Assembly (NCBI GenBank): GCA_029856105.1 | Contig: JAHQWH010000156.1 | Span: 1 to 25,459 of the forward strand | Reading direction: 5' to 3' | Length of the DNA stretch: 25,459 nucleotides | Source: Promethearchaeia archaeon | Lineage (GTDB): Archaea; Asgardarchaeota; Lokiarchaeia; Sigyniarchaeales; SOKP01 | Shown: positions 1 to 7,499 of the stretch, piece after piece | Position numbering within the stretch: position 1 is the stretch's first letter | Layout: each line of letters opens with the position of its first letter | Notes under the pieces: model-generated | Databases searched by the model: none | What the model saw: only the letters and a program-made list of their open reading frames with translations | What the model was told of the DNA's origin: nothing | Translations under genes and position numbers: made by a program

Positions 1-261
1 GAAAACTTTGAAGTCGATATGCTTGAGGCTTTAAATTTAGGACATAAACATAATAAACCGTTAATCCCAATTTTAGAGAGAGCTCATCGTCCCGATCAAA
101 GTTATCGCATTTCTAGGTTATTAGCAATAAAGAGAGTACCTGTATTTGGAGATCCTCTTGAATTCATTCCTTTATTACCTAAAATTACTAACTATAAGAA
201 AAAACTAAAAACAGTTAAAGATCGAATAAGAAAGAAAAAAAAGAGAAGAAATAACATTTGA
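1..261 (+). CDS. 3' end of a gene truncated by the window edge; possibly the C-terminus of an NDP-forming acyl-CoA synthetase / CoA-binding protein
   Basis: Frame is open from base 1 (ENFEVDMLEAL...), so the ATG at 19 is probably internal. KPLIPIL...LLAIKRVPVFGDPLEF loosely resembles the 'KPvv...l...gvPvf..p' end of acetate-CoA ligase (ADP-forming) alpha subunits. The acyl-CoA neighbourhood fits. Confidence 0.35.
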   Translation, partial: ENFEVDMLEALNLGHKHNKPLIPILERAHRPDQSYRISRLLAIKRVPVFGDPLEFIPLLPKITNYKKKLKTVKDRIRKKKKRRNNI

Positions 262-299
262 AACGAGTTTTAATAAATATTATTATCTCTGTTAATTAA

Positions 300-608
300 T
301 TATTTTTTAAATTTCCTCATCATTTTTGCTAGAACTGGAACTGCCTGTTCTACTTCTGCAACGGGGGAGACATTATATTTTGTAAAAAAACCTGGTAGTG
401 CTAATTTCCATTGATATGCGTTTTTCATCATATCATCCACGCTATCGCTTTCTACTATTGCGACACCCCAATCTTCTGGAGTTATGTACCAGCCTTTTGT
501 TTCCCATTTTTCAAATTCAACTTCGGCTTCTTGGATTTTTTGATAGGCAGTGAGCATATCTGCGGGATCTAAAGTTGGATCTAATTCATAATATATAATA
601 AATAACAT
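300..608 (-). CDS. DUF3303-like small ferredoxin-fold protein
   Basis: MLFIIYYEL...GWYITPEDWGVAIVESDSVDDMMKNAYQW...YNVSPV fits the DUF3303 pattern. The ORF-track GTG at 620 lies inside an SD motif (AGGTGA, 622-617), so ATG at 608 is the likelier start. Confidence 0.6.
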   Translation of the reverse strand: MLFIIYYELDPTLDPADMLTAYQKIQEAEVEFEKWETKGWYITPEDWGVAIVESDSVDDMMKNAYQWKLALPGFFTKYNVSPVAEVEQAVPVLAKMMRKFKK

Positions 609-716
609 TGTAGTTTTCACCTATATTATAAAATTGATGGTAATAAACGATATTACAATTAGAAATATAAGTCTTTACAATTTTGTAAAATAATTCTATT
701 ATGTTAGACTTATGGA

Positions 717-2393
717 TTAAAATATTTGAGAACTTCTATATTCGCCAAAAACTTCTCTTAAGACGCTACAAATTTCTTCTATTGTAGCATAGGTTTTAAC
801 TACTTCAATCATGATTGGCATAATGTTCTTAGAAGATTCAGCCACTTTTTTTAATTCAGCTAATTGTTTTTTAACTAAGGTCTCATCTCGACTTTTCTTT
901 AATTCACCGAGAGACGATATAATTTTTTGTTCCTCGTCAATATCGTGTTTAAAGGTTTTGATTTTACACTCTTCTTCAGTACAATAAGCATTTACACCAA
1001 TTACTTGATTAATTCCCGCTTCTATTTTCTTCTGATCGTGGTATGCATTATTTTGGATTTCCCGTTGAATGAAGCCGCTCTCAATTGCAGTAGATATACC
1101 TCCCATTGCGTCAATTTTTTCAATATATTCTAAAGCTTTTTCTTCTAATTTTGAAGTTAAGTACTCAATATAATAAGAACCCCCTAATGGGTCCACAACA
1201 TCGGTAACTCCAGATTCATGCGCAAGAACTTGTTGGGTTCTTAAGGATAATCTCACAGAGTCTTCTGTTGGAATTGCTAAAGCCTCGTCTGCACCGCAGG
1301 TGTGAAGTGATTGCGTTCCCCCTAAAATTGCTGCTAATGCTTGAAGGGTTACTCTGATAATATTTACATTTGGTTGTTGGGCCGTTAGCGTGACTCCCGC
1401 AGTTTGAGTATGGAAGCGTAATCTCATTGAATTTGGGTCCTTAGCGTGGAACCTATCTTTCATTATTTTTGCCCACAACTTTCTAACTGCCCTTAATTTT
1501 GCAATTTCCTCAAAAAAATTATTATGAGTTGTAAAAAAGAAAGATAATCTTGGGGCAAATTCATCAATTTTAACTCCCCGACTAAGAACTTCTTCAACAT
1601 ACGCAATACCATCTGCTATTGTAAAGGCGATTTCTTGAATAGCGTTACATCCCGCTTCTCGCATGTGGTACCCACTAATGCTGATGGTATTAAAACGGGG
1701 TAAATTTTTGGAGCAATATTCGATTACATCTGCTACTAATCTTAATGATGGTTTAGGAGGATAAATATATGTACCCCTTGCGACATATTCTTTTAAGATA
1801 TCGTTTTGAACCGTACCGATTAATTGTTCAGGTTTTATTCCTTGTTTCTCGCCTACAACGATATACATTGCTAAAAGCACTGAAGTAGGAGCGTTAATAG
1901 TCATACTTGTTGATACTTTATCTAGAGGAATCCCTTCGAATACTTGTTCAAAATCTCTCAAGGAGTTAACCGTTACACCAACCCTTCCTACTTCTCCTAA
2001 ACAGATTTTATTGTCACTATTATAGCCCATCTGTGTTGGCAAATCAAACGCAATTGAAAGTCCTTTTTGCCCTTGTGATATTAAATATTTGAACCTTTCG
2101 TTCGTTTTAGAAGCATCTGCAAAACCACCATATTGTCTCATCGTCCAAATTCTTCCACGATACATGTTTGGATATACACCTCTCGTAAAGGGAGGATTTC
2201 CCGGAAATCCAAGGTCTTCTAAATAATCAATATTCTTAAGATCACCGGGTCCATAGACGTGTTTTAAAGGTATGTTTGAAGGTGTTTCGAAAGTCTCTCT
2301 TCTTTCTCCTCGTTCGATATATTTGCCTAAAACCTTTTCTTCCCATTCTTTTCGTTCTTGTTTAATTTTTTCCAGTTCTTCATCAGTGAACAT
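717..2393 (-). CDS. mcmA: Methylmalonyl-CoA mutase, large (substrate-binding TIM-barrel) subunit
   Basis: PFTRGVYPNMY, WTMRQYGGF (Tyr specificity residue), GLSIAFDLPTQMG, QNDILKEYVARGTYIYPP (Arg), SISGYHMREAG, GGTQSLHT, DPLGGSYYIE. No DxHxxG B12-binding domain (split archaeal type). SD GAGGT 10 nt upstream. Confidence 0.93.
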   Translation of the reverse strand: MFTDEELEKIKQERKEWEEKVLGKYIERGERRETFETPSNIPLKHVYGPGDLKNIDYLEDLGFPGNPPFTRGVYPNMYRGRIWTMRQYGGFADASKTNERFKYLISQGQKGLSIAFDLPTQMGYNSDNKICLGEVGRVGVTVNSLRDFEQVFEGIPLDKVSTSMTINAPTSVLLAMYIVVGEKQGIKPEQLIGTVQNDILKEYVARGTYIYPPKPSLRLVADVIEYCSKNLPRFNTISISGYHMREAGCNAIQEIAFTIADGIAYVEEVLSRGVKIDEFAPRLSFFFTTHNNFFEEIAKLRAVRKLWAKIMKDRFHAKDPNSMRLRFHTQTAGVTLTAQQPNVNIIRVTLQALAAILGGTQSLHTCGADEALAIPTEDSVRLSLRTQQVLAHESGVTDVVDPLGGSYYIEYLTSKLEEKALEYIEKIDAMGGISTAIESGFIQREIQNNAYHDQKKIEAGINQVIGVNAYCTEEECKIKTFKHDIDEEQKIISSLGELKKSRDETLVKKQLAELKKVAESSKNIMPIMIEVVKTYATIEEICSVLREVFGEYRSSQIF

Positions 2394-2420
2394 ATTTTCT
2401 ACTACCTCTTTATTAGGTTA

Positions 2421-2774
2421 CTAAATTGGTTCGAAAGCGTAATCATATACTTCCTTACCATCTAAATTGTCACAAATTTTTCGATAAATGGGTTTTAATT
2501 TCATCCCAACTTTTAAACGATCTTGAGGTGTGATTTGTCCAAGAGCTTTAATCCCGTTGTCAAACTCAACAACTCCAAGCGCATAAGAAGGTTTATTGCG
2601 AAACTCAGCAGGAGGTGCTTTTAAGATCGTAAAGGTTAATAATTTAGCGTTTCCGCTCGCAATAATCTTTTCAAATTTGTCGTGTTTACATTTTAAACAT
2701 CTAAGATGCGATGGATGCTGTAAAAATCCACAATTATTACATTTTTTCCATTCTATTTTTTCTTCATTATTCAT
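2421..2774 (-). CDS. DUF35-family Zn-ribbon/OB-fold protein (thiolase accessory subunit type)
   Basis: KCNNCG...RCLKC zinc ribbon followed by an OB-fold (SGNAKLLTFTI...PSYALGVVEFDNG...LKVGMKLKP...YAFEP). Confidence 0.9.
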   Translation of the reverse strand: MNNEEKIEWKKCNNCGFLQHPSHLRCLKCKHDKFEKIIASGNAKLLTFTILKAPPAEFRNKPSYALGVVEFDNGIKALGQITPQDRLKVGMKLKPIYRKICDNLDGKEVYDYAFEPI

Positions 2775-2962
2775 TCATTTCTCACTTCTTCTTCTAAAAC
2801 ATCTAAAACAAATTTAAAAAAATGAAAATTATGATTATTATTTTAAATATTCATTTTTCTCGTGATATATCATCTTAGAGAAATATAAGAAAAGAAATAA
2901 AATAATCTTTTCAACAATATAAGTCATAATAAAGCCCCAAACTAAGTAAATATTTTTAAATG

Positions 2963-2987
2963 TTTTCGCATTATTATATTACGAAAA
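2963..2987. promoter_or_regulatory. Imperfect palindrome (candidate operator) upstream of the HEPN-MNT pair
   Basis: TTTTCGCATTATTATATTACGAAAA matches its reverse complement at 20/25 positions. It lies between a TATA-like TTTTTAAAT (2953-2961) and AAGGAG (2987-2992). Confidence 0.4.
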
Positions 2988-3005
2988 AGGAGTTATTTAG
3001 CAAGC

Positions 3006-3377
3006 ATGAGCAAATTTGAAAATCATAAAAAATTGTATTTGAATTTTAAAGGAGATGCTGAGAATGAGGATGTTTCATTCCCTTCTAGAGCAGAATTATA
3101 CTTTCTTTCGATATATCATTTAATTGAAAGCTGTGCAGCAAAATATCGGATACATATCAACAAACATCAAAAAGTAAGGATAACCTTAGAAAATAATCCC
3201 CAGATCTTTGAAAAAGAAACGGAAAACATTTGGCGATTATTTCAAGATATTGAAAATAAAATTCGCCCAAAATTTACTTATGGGTTTAGTTGGACGGATA
3301 AAGATTTTAATGAATTGAAGGAAAAATATTATAAATTAGAAGAAATATGCATTAAGGTGTTGACAGATGAGTCTTAA
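3006..3377 (+). CDS. HEPN-domain protein (putative toxin of a HEPN/MNT pair)
   Basis: 123 aa, helical, with pattern 'AELYFLSIYHLIESC...KHQKV...IENKIRPKFTYG'. Overlaps the downstream nucleotidyltransferase by 11 nt. Confidence 0.65.
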   Translation: MSKFENHKKLYLNFKGDAENEDVSFPSRAELYFLSIYHLIESCAAKYRIHINKHQKVRITLENNPQIFEKETENIWRLFQDIENKIRPKFTYGFSWTDKDFNELKEKYYKLEEICIKVLTDES

Positions 3378-4059
3378 TATGAATTTAGAAAAAAGTCAGA
3401 TGAAAAATTTAAGAAAAGATCCAAAACTGGAAAAAAAAATAAATCAAATTAAGACTTTTATAGGCAATTATCTCTCAAAATATGAAGAGATTGAAAATAT
3501 CATATTATTTGGCTCTTTAGCTTCTGGAAGATTTAATGAAAATAGTGATATTGATATATGTATTTTATTTAAGCCCAATACTCCAAAAAGTATGGAAACA
3601 ACTATTTTTGACCATTTCTTAAACCTAGGAAAGTTATTAAATCGCTCCATTCAATGCATTTTCTTTTTTCCAGAGGATATTAATAATTGGGACACAAATT
3701 TTCTTGAAAATATTTTGGCTGAAGGACAATTATTAACTGGAAATTCTAATTACTTTAAAACTTTAATAAAAGCTTTAGAATTTAAACCATATCAAATTAT
3801 AACTTTAAATCTAAGAGCATTAAATAGTTCTGCTAAAATGAAACTAAAAAGAATATTATATGGATATAAAACTAGCAAGAAATATTCAGAAAAAATATAT
3901 AGATATCAAAAAAGAGGGTTGGTGAAAGAATTACAGGGAATAAAATTAGGACGGGGATCATTCATTATACCTGAAAAATTCTTGTTACTTGTCGAAACCA
4001 AGTTAAAAGAATATGATATTACATTTTCAAACTTTAGAGTATGGATGCAAGAAATATAA
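3367..4059 (+). CDS. Minimal nucleotidyltransferase (MNT, Pol-beta family) with an extra ~90-aa C-terminal domain
   Basis: IILFGSLASGRFNENSDIDICI is the GS-x10-DxD motif; FLENILAEGQLL ends the MNT domain; a basic C-terminal extension follows. Confidence 0.85.
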   Translation: MSLNMNLEKSQMKNLRKDPKLEKKINQIKTFIGNYLSKYEEIENIILFGSLASGRFNENSDIDICILFKPNTPKSMETTIFDHFLNLGKLLNRSIQCIFFFPEDINNWDTNFLENILAEGQLLTGNSNYFKTLIKALEFKPYQIITLNLRALNSSAKMKLKRILYGYKTSKKYSEKIYRYQKRGLVKELQGIKLGRGSFIIPEKFLLLVETKLKEYDITFSNFRVWMQEI

Positions 4060-4314
4060 TTAAAATCAGTTGAGTTAAAAATTCTACTTTTATTTGTTTT
4101 TCACAAATTTGTTTAAAAAACTTAGATTCAAATATATAAAAAAAGTTATTAGAGAGATCGAAGAATTAGAAAAAAATTAATTAAAATCTTGATTAATCTA
4201 AAATTATACTAGGAAATCAAAAATTTTCATTAATTCAGAAGAGTGAAAGTGAAAAAATATCTTGCTACATTTTACATAAATTTTAAAAGAAAATCAGAAA
4301 AAAGGGTGTGAAAT

Positions 4315-4518
4315 ATCGAAAAAGAAAATGAAGAAATAAAAACCGCGAAAAAAGAATATACAGCTGAAGACGTTGCTAAAATTATGGTGGAAATTATGAA
4401 AGCAAACATGGAGAATCCTAATTTTTGGAATGAAAAAGAAGAACTACAGCAAAGAGTTGCTGATGAGGTTATAAAAAAAAGAAAAGAAAGGCAAAAAAAG
4501 AAAGAGAAATTATTGTAA
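4315..4518 (+). CDS. Small hypothetical helical protein (67 aa from an ATC start; 44 aa from ATG 4384), absent from the ORF track
   Basis: Open frame IEKENEEIKTAKKEYTAEDVAKIMVEIMKANMENPNFWNEKEELQQRVADEVIKKRKERQKKKEKLL*, with purine-rich coding-like composition and SD-like AAGGGTG 6 nt upstream. Confidence 0.55.
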   Translation: MEKENEEIKTAKKEYTAEDVAKIMVEIMKANMENPNFWNEKEELQQRVADEVIKKRKERQKKKEKLL

Positions 4519-4645
4519 GGGTATAATAATCACTGATTTTACCTTTTAAAGATATTAAAATAAAAGCTCCTCATTCATCTGTCTTTGTCCAGAACAAATT
4601 AGAAACAAAGATTGCAATAAAGATAGAATTAGCTACTTAAAAAAA

Positions 4646-5197
4646 TCATACTGAAGATAAAGCCTTGAATTTATAATATAATTCATTAATAATGGCATTA
4701 AATGCGTCGATAACACCTTGTCCTGTTTTTGCCGATGTTAAATAATAGCCAAAGAAATTGTGTTCGTTTGCAATATTTTGAATTTTATCGATATCTAAAT
4801 CATTTTCCTCTACTAAATCAACTTTGTTAGCAAATAGAACTACAGGAATATTCACACAATACTTTTTTAGTTCATTATGCCATTCTTTTATGTGGATAAA
4901 ACTGTCTTTACCAATTTCACTTTCTTCAAGGCTACATACAATGATACAAGCCTTGCTTTCTTTATAAAATAAAGGATGTAAAAAATTAAAATCATCTTGA
5001 CCGGCAATATCCCAGAAGATTAAATCAATTACATCTTCATTAATTACTCTATTAAATCTTGAAAATTGGGCGCCAATTGTTTTGATATAATCCCTCTTAA
5101 AAGTGCCTTTAGTAAATTTTTTAATTAAGGATGTTTTACCAACCGCTCCATCCCCAATTACAGCTATTTTAAATCCGAATTCCTCAGAATTGATCAT
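4646..5197 (-). CDS. Rab-like small GTPase (Ras superfamily)
   Basis: G1 GDGAVGKTS, G2 YIKTIG, G3 WDIAGQ, G4 NKVD, G5 TSAKTG. No C-terminal Cys prenylation motif. Confidence 0.93.
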   Translation of the reverse strand: MINSEEFGFKIAVIGDGAVGKTSLIKKFTKGTFKRDYIKTIGAQFSRFNRVINEDVIDLIFWDIAGQDDFNFLHPLFYKESKACIIVCSLEESEIGKDSFIHIKEWHNELKKYCVNIPVVLFANKVDLVEENDLDIDKIQNIANEHNFFGYYLTSAKTGQGVIDAFNAIINELYYKFKALSSV

Positions 5198-5316
5198 TAA
5201 TTTCTCTAATTACTTATCAAATTTTATTTTCTCTATAATTAAGAATTAAAAGTTATATCATTTAAAATTTTTAACAAATTTAATACTGGAAAAATAATAG
5301 AAGTTAATATCACATT

Positions 5317-7251
5317 TTATAATTCTTTTAATGCAATACTTTTTTCAACAAATATCTCTGTAATTAAAGAATCCAGTAAAGGTATATCTTTTGTGCGAAT
5401 AGACTTATTAATCCGATTAGATTTCACCAGATTCTGCCAAATAGGTTTTTTATGTTGTATGGAATCAATAAAATACTTTATTTTTTGATGAGCATAATAG
5501 GAATCTCCGCTGAATATATATGTGATATAAAACGGTTGGAGATATTTCATTAAAAGCGTATAATTTCCGAAAACCGCCCGATCTAGCCCTTGAGAAAAAG
5601 TCTCTTTTATAAAATAATCTACTGTAGTTAAAAATCCACTAATAACTTGGGTTTCAAATTTATTTTCTTTAATAAATGAATGGGAAAAGAGGGGTCTACC
5701 CCCTTCTGTAATGATTAAAATTATCACAGGTTCTTCTTCATGGATTTCAAAATCTACTTTACGATTTAAAAGCATATTTTCAATATGTATGTTCAAATCG
5801 GCTAAATCAACTCTACTTTTTAAAGGAATATTATTTTCTATGAAAGATTCCCAAGTTTTTAAGTTTTTCAACAATTTATCGTGCTCATAAGATATTTTAC
5901 CCGCTAATAACCTGAGACCGTACTTTTCAGCCATGTTTTGAGCTTCATTTAATTTTTTTCTCGCGCTTTTCATATCTCCTTTCAATAAAGCTAATTTTGC
6001 CTGTAATAGATAGGTTTCAGCTAAAATCCAAAATGAATGGAATTTTTCTGCAATACTTATTAGTTTCTCGAGTAATGGATTTAACTCTTCTAATATTTCT
6101 AATTCAGAAGTTAATCGAAATTCCTCTACCAATAAATCACACAGATTTATAAGAGCTTTCATTGTAAATTCTCCAGAAATCACATCTTGCTGTACTATTT
6201 CTTCGAAGATACTCTGGGCTTTAGCACGATCTTGAATGCGATTCTTTGTCTTTAAGATCAACCCTTCACAAAAATGGGTAGATAATTCCGCAAATGAAGT
6301 TTTCTCTTTTTGGGTTAGCTCGTTCAATGATCTTAAATACTCTATTGCTCTATCGGTTTTATCTGTTAAAACTAAGACTTCGATCATACTTGATAACGTG
6401 TTGATCAAAATATATGGAGCTTTGACTTTATTAGCTAACTCAAATGCTTTCTCTAGTGATTTTAAGGCTTTCTCTAACTCTCCTTTTTGGGTATGAATCA
6501 TTGAGAGATTATTAAAAATAGCCATCTTAATCATGACAATATCAGTCTTTTTCAATGCTTCCTCATGATAAAATAACGCTTTTTCTAAATCACCCGTCAT
6601 TACATAAATGCAACCGATAGTAACTAAATTTAGAGCAATAAGACTAATATTTCCCAACTCTTCTACGAGAGGTTGACATTTGTAAGAATATTTCAGAGCT
6701 AATTTTATATCAATTCTATTAAAGGTATAGAAAGATCCTAATTGATAATAGACTTGAGCTAACACAAATTTGTCGTTAATTTGTTCACTCAGACTTAACA
6801 CTTTCATTGCGTTTTTGTAGACTAGATCGCTTTTACCTTTTTGCATATGACAACAATTCCTGCCAGTGTATATCATTGCTTCTAAAAGAATTCGTCTTTT
6901 TTCTGAAATATCAATTAGATTATTTAATTTCTGTTCAGCTTCATCTAAGTATTGATAAGCTTTTTCAAAATTTCCTAACCAACAAGAAGCATGACCCATC
7001 ATTACTAAAACTTCAACCATTTGAGGATTTGACGCTTCTTTACGAATCGCACGATAGACTTTTTTAGCATATTTCAAGGTCTCTGGATAATTTCCCAACC
7101 TCAAAAATGATACCGCTTTATAGAAAAATATGGAGACTAATTCTGATTGCCGGAGATCAGTATTTTCCTCAATTTTGTCTAATACTACGATAGCCTCTTG
7201 GATTTTATCTTTTTCTATAAATTTCTTTATTTCCTCTAGTTCATTCGAAAT
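5317..7251 (-). CDS. Tetratricopeptide-repeat protein with a C-terminal longin-like domain
   Basis: Multiple TPR units (e.g. NLVTIGCIYVMTGDLEKALFYHEEAL, NNLSMIHTQKGELEKALKSLEKAF). C-terminus PVIILIITEGGRPLFSHSF...ISGFLTTVDYFIKE has a longin-like beta-beta-alpha pattern. The frame is open 49 codons upstream of the ORF-track TTG (7104), to ATT 7251 / ATC 7254 behind GAGGGG. Confidence 0.8.
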   Translation of the reverse strand: MSNELEEIKKFIEKDKIQEAIVVLDKIEENTDLRQSELVSIFFYKAVSFLRLGNYPETLKYAKKVYRAIRKEASNPQMVEVLVMMGHASCWLGNFEKAYQYLDEAEQKLNNLIDISEKRRILLEAMIYTGRNCCHMQKGKSDLVYKNAMKVLSLSEQINDKFVLAQVYYQLGSFYTFNRIDIKLALKYSYKCQPLVEELGNISLIALNLVTIGCIYVMTGDLEKALFYHEEALKKTDIVMIKMAIFNNLSMIHTQKGELEKALKSLEKAFELANKVKAPYILINTLSSMIEVLVLTDKTDRAIEYLRSLNELTQKEKTSFAELSTHFCEGLILKTKNRIQDRAKAQSIFEEIVQQDVISGEFTMKALINLCDLLVEEFRLTSELEILEELNPLLEKLISIAEKFHSFWILAETYLLQAKLALLKGDMKSARKKLNEAQNMAEKYGLRLLAGKISYEHDKLLKNLKTWESFIENNIPLKSRVDLADLNIHIENMLLNRKVDFEIHEEEPVIILIITEGGRPLFSHSFIKENKFETQVISGFLTTVDYFIKETFSQGLDRAVFGNYTLLMKYLQPFYITYIFSGDSYYAHQKIKYFIDSIQHKKPIWQNLVKSNRINKSIRTKDIPLLDSLITEIFVEKSIALKEL

Positions 7252-7499
7252 GATATATAACCCCTCATTAAAGCTTATTTATTTTTATCATTTCCCATAT
7301 AAAATGTAGGAATCCTTACTTCAGAATTATTTTTATGGATATTTATTTATTATGTTTTCAAAGATAATAAATGACGAAAAAGTAAAAATTAAATAAAAAT
7401 AATTATAAAAAAATGGTTAAATTCTTCTTCGTTTTTTGTCATTATTTAATGAGCTAAGCTTAAAATAGAAATATAAAATAAAATAAAAAAGAAAATTGA

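Noticed and set aside
717-2393. Isobutyryl-CoA or 2-hydroxyisobutyryl-CoA mutase assignment
   Set aside because: The specificity residues are Tyr and Arg (RQY, YVAR), not Phe/Ile and Gln.
4243-4518. Selenocysteine readthrough of the in-frame TGA at 4309 joining a 22-codon upstream frame to the small ORF
   Set aside because: No redox-type context, no SECIS recognised, and the upstream part looks non-coding; an SD-led ATC start is simpler.
7264-7454. Inverted repeat CTCATTAAA...TTTAATGAG bracketing the spacer, as a possible MITE
   Set aside because: Only 9 bp in very AT-rich DNA, no target-site duplication seen, and the left copy overlaps the TPR gene's RBS.
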